64,000 nt of DNA from Myxococcota bacterium (lineage in GTDB: Bacteria > Myxococcota_A > UBA9160 > UBA4427), in contig OZ252299.1 in the NCBI GenBank assembly GCA_965250285.1, positions 4,224,001-4,288,000 of the forward strand, given 5' to 3'. The notes below the pieces were generated by a model. It saw only the letters and a program-made list of their open reading frames with translations, was not told where the DNA came from and ran no database searches. Both the position numbers and the translations under genes were made by a program. Shown here piece after piece: positions 49,591-59,753 of the stretch (its first letter is position 1; the number at the start of each line of letters is the position of its first letter).

Positions 49591-50841
49591 TCAGACGGTG
49601 TACTTGCCCGGCGAGCCGTCGGTCGGGTAGCTCGGCTGGACGAGCCCGCGCTTGATGCCGGCCATGCTGCGCACCATTTGATCGCGGATCGGCGGCACCG
49701 CCTTCGCCACGGCGAAGCCCGCGCGGCGGAAGGCTCCGAGCCCGGGCACCGACGACTGGAAGAGGTGCGTGACCCAGCGCGTGGCGAGCGAGTAGTAGTG
49801 CACGTGGTGCTTGCGCATGCGGGTGTACTGCGCGAGCGCGGCATCGACGTCTTCGGCGTGTTCGATGGCGTAGGCCAGCGCCCAGGCGTCGCACAGCGCC
49901 AGGTTCACACCGTTGCCGAGCTGGGGCGTCATCGCGTGCGCGGCATCGCCGATCACGACCGCGCGATCCTTGTGCCACGCCTTCATCGTGACGTCCCAGT
50001 AGCCCGCGTACATCCAGTCGTCGATCGTCTTGATGTGCGAGAGCGACGCGTCGAGCCGCGGCAGGTACTGCAGGATCTCGTCGGCGATCGCCTCGACGCC
50101 ACGGGCCAACTCGGCCTGGTGGCGATCGGCCCGCACGCTCCAGAAGAGCGACACCAGCCGATCGTGGCGCTCGCCGTGGGGCGGGATCCCCGTCGGCAGC
50201 ACGCCGAGCATCTTTTCGGTGCCCCGCACCACCTGGTGCAGGAACCCGCCGAAGCGGCCCCGCTCGTCGGGCACGACCGCCCAGAGCGCGCCCCACTTGT
50301 GCTCGACCGCGCGGTGAGGCAGGCCCAGCCACTCGCGCGCTTCGCTGCGCGACCCGTTCGAGAACACGACGAGATCGAAAGGCCCTTCTTCGCCGTGCTC
50401 GGTGTCGAGAATGCGCTTGCCGCCGCGCAGGCCGACACCGGTGACCTCGACGCCCGTCCGCAGCTCGGCCCCGGCGTCTTCCATGGCCTGCACGAGAAAG
50501 TGAAGGAACGTCGGGCGGTACATGCCGACCCCGAAGAGGCCGTCGCGCAGCATGTCGTACTCGAGCGAGATCATCGGCCGCCTTCGACCGGGTCGAATGA
50601 AGCGGTCGATGCGGAGCGAATCGATCACGCCGCCGTGCGCGATCACCTCTTCGCGCACGCCGATCTGGTCGAGCACCCAGAGCCCGGTCGGCTGGATGAC
50701 GAAGCCGGTGCCCACTGGCAACAGCTCGGGCGCGCGTTCGTAGAGCGTCACCTCGTGTCCCTGGCGCGCGAGGAGCGTTGCGAGCAGCGGGCCTGCGCTG
50801 CCACATCCGACGACACCCACGCGGTACTTCGAATTGCTCAT
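49591..50841 (-). CDS. FAD-dependent monooxygenase/oxidoreductase
   Basis: VVGCGSAG, YER, IGDAAHAMTPQLGNGVN. Confidence 0.9.
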   Translation of the reverse strand: MSNSKYRVGVVGCGSAGPLLATLLARQGHEVTLYERAPELLPVGTGFVIQPTGLWVLDQIGVREEVIAHGGVIDSLRIDRFIRPGRRRPMISLEYDMLRDGLFGVGMYRPTFLHFLVQAMEDAGAELRTGVEVTGVGLRGGKRILDTEHGEEGPFDLVVFSNGSRSEAREWLGLPHRAVEHKWGALWAVVPDERGRFGGFLHQVVRGTEKMLGVLPTGIPPHGERHDRLVSLFWSVRADRHQAELARGVEAIADEILQYLPRLDASLSHIKTIDDWMYAGYWDVTMKAWHKDRAVVIGDAAHAMTPQLGNGVNLALCDAWALAYAIEHAEDVDAALAQYTRMRKHHVHYYSLATRWVTHLFQSSVPGLGAFRRAGFAVAKAVPPIRDQMVRSMAGIKRGLVQPSYPTDGSPGKYTV

Positions 50842-50899
50842 GTCTCGACTCACTTTCACACACCGAACACTCGAGATGCGCGCGCCATCGCGCGCCGAC

Positions 50900-53128
50900 T
50901 CATCCGGCTCTTGCTGTTTTTGCTGCCTTGGCTGCCTGGGCCCCTTGGGCTTCGGGGGCCGCCTGCGCGGCCGGCAGGCCGACTCTCTCGCACTGCACCG
51001 CGATGCCCGTCAGCCGCGCCATCCCCGACAGCGGCTCGAGCGACGCAGCACCATCCCGTGCGATCTCGTTGAAGTTCTGGCCCGCGGTCTCGCGCGCAAC
51101 GCTCAGCCCGGTCGCGTTCTGGTGCCCCCATCCGTGGGGCAGCGAGACCGTGCCGGGCATCATCTCGTCGGTCACGTGAACCGGCACCTCGATCTCACCC
51201 ACGTCGGTGCTCAGGCGGCACGGGTCGCCGTCGGCCAGGCCGCGCGCGTCGGCGTCGCTCGGATGCATCGCCAGTCGATTCTCGCCCCCGCCGCGCACGA
51301 AGCGCGCGACGTTGTTCATCCACGAGTTGTGCGACGTCTTCTCGCGCCGTGACACCAGCCGCAGCTGATCGGCCGTGGCGCGTTCCTGCTCGAAGGCGGC
51401 GTCGAGCCCTGCGGCCGCCTCGACGAGACGCCGTGGCGCGAGCACCACCTTGCCGTGGTCGGTGAGCACGCCCCGGCCGAGGAAGCGCCCGGCCTGCGGC
51501 GGCGCCAGCGGCAGACCATGCGGATGGCGCCGGATCTCGTGGAACGACCGGCCGTAGAACCACGCCAGTCCGCGATACCCCATCCGCGAGAGCGCTCGAC
51601 GCCAGCGCAGCGATCGCCCATCGGGTCCGCCGACCACGAACGAGGCGATCCACTGCACGATCTTCCAGCCGAGCAGCGGCGCACCGCAGGCGCGGCCCAG
51701 CTGCGTGAAGATCCACCATTCGTCGCGGGCCTCGCCGAGCGGCGGCACCACTGCTTCGGCGTACTGCATGTACGGCGTCGGCTGATAGCCGTTGATGCCG
51801 AGCGGCATGTCGTCACGCTCGAGGAACGACGTCGCGGGCAGCACGTAGTCGGCGAGCTCGCCGGTCTCGTTTCGAAAGAGGTCGATCGTGACCAGCAGGT
51901 CGAGCTTCGAGAGCGCCGCGCGCATGCGCCTCGAGTTCGGCGCAGCCAGCGCCGGGTTGCCCGCCGACACGAAGAGCGCGCGCAGCTGCCCACGCCCGCG
52001 GGTCTCGATCTCTTCGGGGATCAGCCCGATCGCCTCGCACTCGAACACGCTGCGGATGCCTCCGATGCGCGAGCGCGTGTAGCGGAGCCGGCTGCCGTGC
52101 GGATACGTCGACCGCGCCGCCTGGGTCATCGGCCTCGGGACGAGCAGCCCGCCCTTGCGATCGACGTTGTCGGTCACCAGGTTGATCACGTTGGCGAGCC
52201 AGCTGCAGAGCGAGCCGTGGGCGCCCTGATTCACGCCGGTCGACAGATAGATCGCGGCGCCGTCGGCCTCGCGAAACCGGCGCACGAGCGCGCGCAGCGC
52301 GTCGGCCGGCACCCGGGTCACGGCTTCGGTGCGCTCGGCCGGCCAGGGCTCGAGCACCTCGCGCAGCTCGGCCGCACCGATGCAGGCCTCGTCGACGCGC
52401 ACCGGAATCGCGCGACGCAGCAGCAGCTCGCGCGCGAATGACAGCAGAAAGAAGACATCGGTGCCCGGTCGAATGAAGTGCTGCTCACCGACCAGGTCGG
52501 CACTCTCGGTGCGGCGCGGGTTCAGGAAGGCGACGAAGCCGCCCCGATCTTCGATGGCCTTCAGTCGCTCGCGGATGCGCGGTGCGTTGATGAAGGTCAT
52601 GTTCGAGACGACCGGGTTCGCGCCGATGAAGATCATGCCGTTCGTGTGATCGATGTCGGGCACCGGCTGGATCATCGGCGACCCGTACATCTCTTCGCTC
52701 GCGACGAACTTGTTGTTGCAGTCGAGCGAGGCCGACGTGTAGATGTGCGTCGTGCCGAGGCCGGTCGAGAACGCCTTCGAGAACACGAGGTGAAGCGGCG
52801 AGAAGGGGGTCGGATTGCCTGCGTAGATGCCGAGGCAATCCGAGCCGTACTTGCGCTTCAGTCCCTTGACCCGCTCGCCGATCTCCTTCAGCGCCTGGGC
52901 CCACGAGATCTCGACGAACGCGTCTCCCACCCGCTTGAGCGGCGTTTCGACGCGGTCGGGAGAGTGATGCACCTCTTGGTACTGAGTGCCCTTCACGCAC
53001 GCGAAGCCCCGACTCACCACGTGGTCGGGATCGGGCTTGATCCGCGTGACCTGCTCGCCCTCGACTTCGACGAGCAACCCGCAGCTGGCCTCGCAGATTC
53101 GGCAGAAGGTGGGGTGTGTCTCGCTCAA
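50900..53128 (-). CDS. Molybdopterin-dependent oxidoreductase, cytoplasmic, with N-terminal 4Fe-4S
   Basis: CRICEASC..C, GANPVVSN, ADYVLPATSFLE, MHPSDA, LPHGWG; no Tat signal. Confidence 0.9.
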   Translation of the reverse strand: MSETHPTFCRICEASCGLLVEVEGEQVTRIKPDPDHVVSRGFACVKGTQYQEVHHSPDRVETPLKRVGDAFVEISWAQALKEIGERVKGLKRKYGSDCLGIYAGNPTPFSPLHLVFSKAFSTGLGTTHIYTSASLDCNNKFVASEEMYGSPMIQPVPDIDHTNGMIFIGANPVVSNMTFINAPRIRERLKAIEDRGGFVAFLNPRRTESADLVGEQHFIRPGTDVFFLLSFARELLLRRAIPVRVDEACIGAAELREVLEPWPAERTEAVTRVPADALRALVRRFREADGAAIYLSTGVNQGAHGSLCSWLANVINLVTDNVDRKGGLLVPRPMTQAARSTYPHGSRLRYTRSRIGGIRSVFECEAIGLIPEEIETRGRGQLRALFVSAGNPALAAPNSRRMRAALSKLDLLVTIDLFRNETGELADYVLPATSFLERDDMPLGINGYQPTPYMQYAEAVVPPLGEARDEWWIFTQLGRACGAPLLGWKIVQWIASFVVGGPDGRSLRWRRALSRMGYRGLAWFYGRSFHEIRRHPHGLPLAPPQAGRFLGRGVLTDHGKVVLAPRRLVEAAAGLDAAFEQERATADQLRLVSRREKTSHNSWMNNVARFVRGGGENRLAMHPSDADARGLADGDPCRLSTDVGEIEVPVHVTDEMMPGTVSLPHGWGHQNATGLSVARETAGQNFNEIARDGAASLEPLSGMARLTGIAVQCERVGLPAAQAAPEAQGAQAAKAAKTARAG

Positions 53129-53191
53129 GAGGCGTTCGCTTCCATCTCGCTCACGGCGACGGGGAAGCCACAGAGTAGCCGGTACGGTCGC

Positions 53192-54583
53192 TCAGCGACC
53201 GATGCCGCCGGGAGAGCGACCCAGCTCGAAGGCGAGGGCCGACGCCAAATCTGGACGCGTGAAGCGATAGCCCGCGCCCTCGAGCGCGGCAGGCCGCACG
53301 AACGCGCCTCTCAGCAGCATCTCGTCGGCCATCTCACCGAGCGCGAGGCGCATCGCAAAACCGGGCGCCGGCAACACGGCGGGGCGCCGCAAGACGCGAC
53401 CCAGGGTGTGCCCGAACTCGCGGCTCGACACGCTGCCCGGCGCGGTCGCATTCACCGGGCCTTCGACGTCGTTTCGCTGCAGCGCGAAGTGGATCGCGTA
53501 CACCAGATCGTCGAGACCGATCCACGACAGTCCCTGACGGCCGTGCCCGACGGGCCCCCCGAGTCCCAGCTGAAACAGCGGCAGCTGTGTCGCGAGCGCG
53601 CCGCCCGACGCGGTCAGTACGATGCCGATGCGCAGGTTCACGACCCGTGTCGAGGTCGCCGCCAGGCCCTCGGTCGCCCCCTCCCACTCGCGGCAGACGT
53701 CGGCCAGGAAGCCGTCGCCCGGTGCGGCCTTCTCGTCGACCTCGCCCTCGGGTCGATCGCCGTAGAAGCCCACCGCCGAAGCCGAGATCAGCGTTGCGGG
53801 CGGCCGTTTCATCGCGGCGAGCGTGTCGCAGAGCAGGCGCGTGCCCGCGACCCGGCTCTCCCGGATCGCGCGCTTCTTGGCCGCCGTCCAGCGCAGGCTC
53901 GCGATCGACTCGCCTGCGAGGTGCACCACGGCGTCGACGCCCTCGAGACCGGCGGCGTCGATTCGACCCGCCGAGGGATCCCAACCGACGTCGGTCGACC
54001 CGGGCCGCGGGCGGCGGACGATGCGCGTCACGCGGTGACCGGCCACCGACAGAAAGCCCTCGAGGCTGCGGCCCACGACACCGGTCGCGCCGGTGATCGC
54101 GACGTGCAGCGGCTCACCACCGTACCGGGCGATCTGCGCGAGGTCTTCGAACATGCGCTCGTGTCGAAAGCGGAACATGCGCTCGAGGGTGTGGCGCGCG
54201 AACGCGCCACCGAACGTCTGGCCGAGCCAGCCGAGGGGCAGCGCGTAGTCGATGTGGTCTTCGAGCACCGAGCGGTCGGGCTGGCCAGGCAGCTCGAGGC
54301 AGCCATGTCGATGAGTCCAGCGCGCGAACGGGCCCGAGGCCTGGTCGTCGGTAAACCCGCGCGGGGGCTCGTAGTCGCGGTGCACGGCCACCCAACGGAC
54401 ACCAACGACCGGCGGCCCCATGCGCAGCACGACCTGGTCGCCATTCTGGATGCCGCCGGGCTCGAGCACGCTGACCGTCTGGAACGGCGGCAGCATGCGC
54501 TGCAGCGCGCCGGGGCGCGTGTGGTAGTCGAAGAGCCGCTCCTGTGAGACCGGCATCTCGCTGCGATGAACGAATGTGGGCAA
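53192..54583 (-). CDS. TIGR01777-family NAD-dependent oxidoreductase with N-terminal SRPBCC domain
   Basis: FTDDQASGPFARWTHRH, FRFRH, ITGATGVVG, HLAGE, SASAVGFYG, LGLGGPVG; TTG start. Confidence 0.88.
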   Translation of the reverse strand: MPTFVHRSEMPVSQERLFDYHTRPGALQRMLPPFQTVSVLEPGGIQNGDQVVLRMGPPVVGVRWVAVHRDYEPPRGFTDDQASGPFARWTHRHGCLELPGQPDRSVLEDHIDYALPLGWLGQTFGGAFARHTLERMFRFRHERMFEDLAQIARYGGEPLHVAITGATGVVGRSLEGFLSVAGHRVTRIVRRPRPGSTDVGWDPSAGRIDAAGLEGVDAVVHLAGESIASLRWTAAKKRAIRESRVAGTRLLCDTLAAMKRPPATLISASAVGFYGDRPEGEVDEKAAPGDGFLADVCREWEGATEGLAATSTRVVNLRIGIVLTASGGALATQLPLFQLGLGGPVGHGRQGLSWIGLDDLVYAIHFALQRNDVEGPVNATAPGSVSSREFGHTLGRVLRRPAVLPAPGFAMRLALGEMADEMLLRGAFVRPAALEGAGYRFTRPDLASALAFELGRSPGGIGR

Positions 54584-54866
54584 AGCGAGCTCCCTCCGGG
54601 CAGGCCGCCGGCCGGGGCAAGCCCCCGTCCGTATGCGGGCCACGCGACGCGCGGGCGACAGATTCCCGCGATTTTCTGCGCAACCCCAGCGGACCGTACC
54701 GGTTCGACGTCTCGAACTGGGATGCCGCAAAGCCTGCGGCGAAGCCTCGATTCGGGCCGAGATTCGGCTCGCGAGGCGAGACGGGCCCTGGCCCGTCGAG
54801 GGGCGTCGCGCCGCGCCCCACGGACGGCGCGCAGAATCGGGACAAACCCGAAGAGGAGTCCAACCG

Positions 54867-55748
54867 ATGAGGAACCTTTCGATCCTGCTGCTGCTGCCGC
54901 TCGGTCTCGCCCTGTCGATCGGCGGTACGGGCTGCACCGAGGCGAGCAACGCCGCCGGGCCCTCGGCCGACTTGATCGACGATGCGGCCGCCATGGCTGC
55001 CCTCGCCGACGGCGACGGCGAAGATCTGAGCACCGCGATGGCCGCCATGAGCATGGACGATGCCGTCATGGAAGACGTCGACGTCGAGCTGCTCGAAGAG
55101 GACGACATGGCGCGCGCGTGCCGCTTCATCGACTTTCGCCGCCGCGTGATCGCCGAGTACGACACCGACGAAGACGGCGAGCTCGATCGCGACGAGCGCT
55201 ACGCGCTGCGCGACGACCTGGCTGCCCCGCCCTTCCGACTGCGCAAGCACGGGCGGCACTACCGGCTGAAGCGCCTCAAGTGGATCTACGACGCCGACGA
55301 CTCGGGCGCCCTCGACCCGGCCGAGCGCGACGAGCTGCGGGGCGACCTCGAGCTGCGCTGCATGAACCGCGAGGCGTGGCTCATCGAGCGATACGACGAG
55401 AACGGGGACGGCGAGCTCGACGACGACGAGTTCGGCGATGCGGTCGACGCCCTCGTCGAACGTCGCCAGACGCGCCGCGCTGCGTTCGTCGACCAATACG
55501 ATGAGAACGAAGATGGCCGGGTCGACTATTTCGAGCGTGTCCAGGCGCGCATCGATCGGCTCGAGCGCATCCTCGACCGACACGACGCCGCGATCGACGA
55601 GTACGACGTCGACGGGGACGGCACGCTGTCGACCGACGAGCGCGCGCCGTTGCGTGAGAAGCTCAAGGCGCGTGTCCGCGGTGAGCACTTCGGCGACGAC
55701 CCGCTTGGCGACGGAGAGGACGACGACAGCGAGGAGTCGGTCGAGTAG
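54867..55748 (+). CDS. EF-hand repeat lipoprotein
   Basis: GAGGAG RBS; lipobox-like GTG-C; five 12-residue loops DTDEDGELDRDE, DADDSGALDPAE, DENGDGELDDDE, DENEDGRVDYFE, DVDGDGTLSTDE. Confidence 0.82.
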   Translation: MRNLSILLLLPLGLALSIGGTGCTEASNAAGPSADLIDDAAAMAALADGDGEDLSTAMAAMSMDDAVMEDVDVELLEEDDMARACRFIDFRRRVIAEYDTDEDGELDRDERYALRDDLAAPPFRLRKHGRHYRLKRLKWIYDADDSGALDPAERDELRGDLELRCMNREAWLIERYDENGDGELDDDEFGDAVDALVERRQTRRAAFVDQYDENEDGRVDYFERVQARIDRLERILDRHDAAIDEYDVDGDGTLSTDERAPLREKLKARVRGEHFGDDPLGDGEDDDSEESVE

Positions 55749-55775
55749 GCGCGAGCCCACATCATGGCGAAACCG

Positions 55776-55810
55776 AACGCCCCGAGACCGCGCGTCTCGG
55801 GGCGTTTCTG
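55776..55810 (+). terminator. Probable intrinsic terminator
   Basis: 13-bp stem AACGCCCCGAGAC/GTCTCGGGGCGTT with short U tail, after the EF-hand gene. Confidence 0.6.
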
Positions 55811-55882
55811 CTGCACCTCGTTACAGCCAAGGGTGATCCGCGAAGGGCGGCAGGCCCTTCGCCCTGCGCCTAGACTGCGGCC

Positions 55883-56806
55883 ATGATCGTACGCAACGGA
55901 AGCGGGCTGAAGGCCGCGCTGCGCATGCTCTTCGTGAAGAACTGGCTCGTGATCGTCGTCGTGCTGGCGCTCGAGGCGGCCGCCCTCGAGCTGCACCGAA
56001 CGCTCCCGGCGCTGAAGTCGAATGCATTCTCCGAGGCTGGCGTTGCGGTGCTCGCGGGCACGGTCGGCGTCTTCCTTGCCTTTCGATTCAACGAGGCGTA
56101 CGGCCGCTGGTGGGAGGCGCGCATCCTCTGGGGTGGCATGGTCAACTCGAGCCGAACGTTCGCGCGCCAGGTGCTCTCCTATGTCGCGACGACGCCCGAG
56201 GCTGCGGCACTGCGGCGCGAGCTGGTGATGAGCCAGGTCGCGTACATCAACGCCCTGCGCTGCTCATTGCGGGGAGAAGACGCGATGGAGGCGGCGGCGC
56301 CCTTCCTCGGCGAAGCCGCGCGCGAAGAGCTCGAGGGCTCGAAGAATCTGCCGACCCAGATCATCGCGCGCCAGAATCGACTGCTGTCGCAGATGACGCG
56401 CGACGATGTCGCCGCTGCGATCACGCTCTCGCGATTCGACGCCACGCTGAGCGAGCTGACGAACCTGCAGGGCGGCATGGAGCGCATCAAGAACACGGCG
56501 TTCCCCGATCGAGTGATCTTCGTGTCGCGCATGCTCGTGTGGGTGGTCGCGCTGCTCGTGTGCCTCGCCTTCATCGACCCGATCGAGGTCGTCTACGTGC
56601 TCGAATTCTTCGCCGTGTTGATGATCGTGCTGAGCTTCAAGCTCGTGGTGCAGCTTGGTGAAGAGTTGAACGACCCCTTCGAGAATCGGGCCAACGACAC
56701 ACCGATGACCGCGCTCTGTCGAGTGATCGAGATCGACCTGCGGCAGATGCTCGGCGAGACCGATCTGCCCGAGCCGATTCAGCCCGAGAACGGCATCCTG
56801 ATGTAG
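55883..56806 (+). CDS. Bestrophin-family ion channel
   Basis: FLAFRFNEAYGRWWEARILWG, ERIKNT, LNDPFE, IEIDLRQML. Confidence 0.92.
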   Translation: MIVRNGSGLKAALRMLFVKNWLVIVVVLALEAAALELHRTLPALKSNAFSEAGVAVLAGTVGVFLAFRFNEAYGRWWEARILWGGMVNSSRTFARQVLSYVATTPEAAALRRELVMSQVAYINALRCSLRGEDAMEAAAPFLGEAAREELEGSKNLPTQIIARQNRLLSQMTRDDVAAAITLSRFDATLSELTNLQGGMERIKNTAFPDRVIFVSRMLVWVVALLVCLAFIDPIEVVYVLEFFAVLMIVLSFKLVVQLGEELNDPFENRANDTPMTALCRVIEIDLRQMLGETDLPEPIQPENGILM

Positions 56807-56837
56807 GCCGCGCGGGCCGCCTGGCGGCCGCTGCACC

Positions 56838-58394
56838 TCAAGAGAAGTCGAGCAGCTCGTGGGCGCCGAGCAGGCGTTCCTGAATCGGAATGCCGACCGG
56901 GCAGCTCCCCATGCAGGGTGCCGCGCAGCCGGCGCAGGCCGACGCGTTCGGCTGAAGCTTCGCGTAGCCCTCGAGCGCCTGTCGCTCAGACCGGTAGTCC
57001 TCGAAGTACATGCGGTGCCGCAGGACGTCGGGGATCGGCACGCCCTCGGGACACGCCTCGAGGCAAGCGCCGCAATGCGGCGCGCAGTAGGTGCCCACGA
57101 TCTGTCGGTCGTAGCGCTCGAGCACCGCCAGATCGGCAGGCGTCATTCCCTTGCCCGACGCATACAGGTACTCGTCGACGTGCTGCATCTCGTAGAACGA
57201 GATGATCGACGCGGACACGTTCGGGTTCGACGCGACCCACTTGAGGGCGGCCTGGGCATACGAGCCGCGGTCCTCTTCGAAGCCGGCCAGGTTGCGATGG
57301 CGAGCGCCCTTGAGCGTCTTCATCGCGACGACGCCCATGTCCTGCTCGTTGCGCGCGCGGGCGATCACGTCGTCGAGGTGCGACCAGATGCCGTGGTGGT
57401 AGGCGAGCATCATCACGTCGAAGCGACCGCTGTCGATCGCCGCGTTCGCGACGCTCTCGAGCCTGGGCGTATGGGAAGAGAAGCCGAGAAAGCGTGCCTT
57501 GCCCTCGGCCTTCAGCTCGTCGAAGGCCGTGTGCACGTTGGGGTCGAGCAAACGGTCGACCTCGTCACACGAGTGGATGTGGATCAGATCGACGTAGTCG
57601 GTCCCGAGTCGCTGCAGCGACTCCTCGATGACCTGCTTGTACTTCGGCACGGGCGTACCGGGCGGCAGGTGCCCGAGCGGTGTACAGAACTTGGTCGCGA
57701 GGAAGAACTGGTCGCGCGGTACGTCGCGGATCGCCTGCCCCACGAGCTGCTCGCTGCCCGCCTCGGAGTAGTCGGGGGACGTGTCGATGTAGTTGACGCC
57801 GCGGTCGAGAGCGAGGCGCACGATGTCGGCGCCCTTCTCGCCCCGGAGCGGCCCGGTGCCGACGACGATGTCCGAGATCGGCCACTCGGTGCGGCCCAAC
57901 CGCCCGTAGTGTTCGACGCGGCTGCCCTTCCAGTGCTCTTCCCACGTCGGGTGCGTCTCGGGCACCACCTTGCCGAAGATCTCTGTCCCGGTCTCCTGCC
58001 AGCCCCCGGCTCCCGTCCCGACGCCACGGCCCGCGCGCGCGAAGATGCCGCCGACGCCGGCGACGACCGAGCCCAACGCGGTCCCGGCGCCCACGAGGAA
58101 GAGTCGGCGTCCGGCGACGCCCCCGACCTCGCCCCGGTCTCGGGCGTCGGCCCGCACCGCGCGCAGCGCGAGGTAGACGCCCGCGGCCGCGATCAAGAGG
58201 ATCGTCCCGAAGCCGAGCACGATCCCGCCCACCGCCTTCGGGACGCCGGGCGCGAGCTTCTGGGAGAGCTCGCCGCCCGGGAACGCCGAGGGGTCGAGAC
58301 CGACCGCGGTGAGGTAGATCCACTCGCCGGCGAAGGTCAGCCCGGCGATTAGCGACGCGAGAATCGTGACGAACACGGCGATCCGGGTCTTCAT
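56838..58394 (-). CDS. Aldo/keto reductase with C-terminal 4Fe-4S dicluster-like domain and N-terminal membrane segments
   Basis: GVNYIDTSPDY, LATK, SLQRLGTDYVD..IH, GFSSH, AMKTL; CAPHCGACLEACP..CAGCAAPCMGSCP. Confidence 0.88.
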   Translation of the reverse strand: MKTRIAVFVTILASLIAGLTFAGEWIYLTAVGLDPSAFPGGELSQKLAPGVPKAVGGIVLGFGTILLIAAAGVYLALRAVRADARDRGEVGGVAGRRLFLVGAGTALGSVVAGVGGIFARAGRGVGTGAGGWQETGTEIFGKVVPETHPTWEEHWKGSRVEHYGRLGRTEWPISDIVVGTGPLRGEKGADIVRLALDRGVNYIDTSPDYSEAGSEQLVGQAIRDVPRDQFFLATKFCTPLGHLPPGTPVPKYKQVIEESLQRLGTDYVDLIHIHSCDEVDRLLDPNVHTAFDELKAEGKARFLGFSSHTPRLESVANAAIDSGRFDVMMLAYHHGIWSHLDDVIARARNEQDMGVVAMKTLKGARHRNLAGFEEDRGSYAQAALKWVASNPNVSASIISFYEMQHVDEYLYASGKGMTPADLAVLERYDRQIVGTYCAPHCGACLEACPEGVPIPDVLRHRMYFEDYRSERQALEGYAKLQPNASACAGCAAPCMGSCPVGIPIQERLLGAHELLDFS

Positions 58395-58538
58395 GCAGGC
58401 GCTCCCCTCTGCGTTGGCGACCCGAGCATAAGTCAGGCAACGCACGAGAGCGCCCGCAGGCGCCGATTCGGTGCGGTTCGGGCGGGGCGAGCCGACCCCG
58501 GGTCGGGCCTCTGCGGCCAGATGGCGTACTCTCGGGGC

Positions 58539-59039
58539 ATGGAACGTTGGTCGATCCACCTGCACAAAGAAGATTTCAAGTTCTCGGCCGCGCACTTTCT
58601 GATCTTTCCCGACGGATCGAAAGAGCGGCTGCACGGACACAATTATCGGGTGGCCGTCGAGCTCGAGGGGCCGGTCGGCGACGACGGGATCGTGCTCGAC
58701 TTCAAGGAGGTCAAGCCCGAGATCCGATCGCTGTGCAATGCGCTCGACGAGTACTGGCTGGTGCCGGGCGAGCATCCCGAGGTGAAGGTCGACCAGCGCG
58801 ACGACGGCCACACCGAGGTCGTCTATCGCGAGTGTCGCTACCTCGCCCCGACCGACGAGGTCGTCGTGCTGCCGATCGCGAACACGTCCTCAGAGCTGTT
58901 CGCGGCGTGGATGGCCCGCGAGCTCGATCGCCGACTCAGCGGGCGCTTCGGCGCTGACAGCATCTCACGGCTTCGCGTCTCGATCGAAGAGACGGCGGGC
59001 CAGCACGGCGCCTTCGAGATCGATCACGGCGACGCGTGA
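58539..59039 (+). CDS. queD: 6-carboxytetrahydropterin synthase (PTPS/QueD family)
   Basis: FSAAHF, ERLHGHNY, LDF, NTSSE, IEET. Confidence 0.8.
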   Translation: MERWSIHLHKEDFKFSAAHFLIFPDGSKERLHGHNYRVAVELEGPVGDDGIVLDFKEVKPEIRSLCNALDEYWLVPGEHPEVKVDQRDDGHTEVVYRECRYLAPTDEVVVLPIANTSSELFAAWMARELDRRLSGRFGADSISRLRVSIEETAGQHGAFEIDHGDA

Positions 59040-59060
59040 CCGACGGCCGACTCGCTCGGC

Positions 59061-59753
59061 TCATGCCTGGCTCATCCCCTGGGCGAGCGCTGCGTAGAGC
59101 GAGAGCGACGCCATGATCAACATGACGTGAAAGAAGTCGTGGTAGCAGAAGCGCCCGGGCCAGAACCGGGGACGCTCCCATACGAAGACCGCGAAGCCGA
59201 CCACGTAGAAGATCAACGCCGCCCCGAGCAGCTGCATCGGCGTGCCCGGGAAGTGGTCCGCGAACGCCTGGAGCAGCGGCACCGCCATCAGCGCCTGGGC
59301 GAATTGAACCGGCATCGACCAGGTGACCGGCACGTTCGGCCACCAGATCTTCTGCGCGACACCCGGAATGGCCACACACCACACGCCGGCCACGACCACG
59401 TCGTTCCAGCCGCCGGCGTCGACGACCAGCGCAAGAGCCGTCGCCGTCCCGGCGACCTTGAAGTAGATCATCGCGTGATCGGCCCGCTGCCAGCGGGCCT
59501 TGTTGCGCGGGGTCCAGTCGATGCCGTGATAGAGCGCGCTGACCGTGAAGAGTGCGGTCTGCGTGAGCGGCAGGACGACGAGCGCAGAAGAGAAACGGGA
59601 CGTCGCGTGGGGCCACGATAGGATCGCCGTCAGCGCGCCGAGCGAGAGCGCCACACCGAGCAGATCGAGCCCGAGTCGAACGGGGTTCCTGAGCCTCCAA
59701 CCCGCGAAGGTCGGTGCAGTCGAAGTCAGCAAGCTCGGCCTCGATGCCTCCAT
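59061..59753 (-). CDS. Hemolysin III / PAQR family membrane protein
   Basis: SALYH, RADHAMIY, YHDFFH; 7 TM segments. Confidence 0.88.
   Translation of the reverse strand: MEASRPSLLTSTAPTFAGWRLRNPVRLGLDLLGVALSLGALTAILSWPHATSRFSSALVVLPLTQTALFTVSALYHGIDWTPRNKARWQRADHAMIYFKVAGTATALALVVDAGGWNDVVVAGVWCVAIPGVAQKIWWPNVPVTWSMPVQFAQALMAVPLLQAFADHFPGTPMQLLGAALIFYVVGFAVFVWERPRFWPGRFCYHDFFHVMLIMASLSLYAALAQGMSQA

Noticed and set aside
54700..54745. GCAAAGCC with hairpins resembling a c-di-GMP-I riboswitch
   Set aside because: The upstream GGCAAAC/GNRA stem and the remaining consensus are missing.
54584..55165. N-terminal extension of the TIGR01777 ORF
   Set aside because: It overlaps the divergent EF-hand gene and has low-complexity shadow composition.
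58395..58811. N-terminal extension of the AKR ORF
   Set aside because: It is antisense to queD; a plausible start is ATG 58394 after GAGGGGAG.
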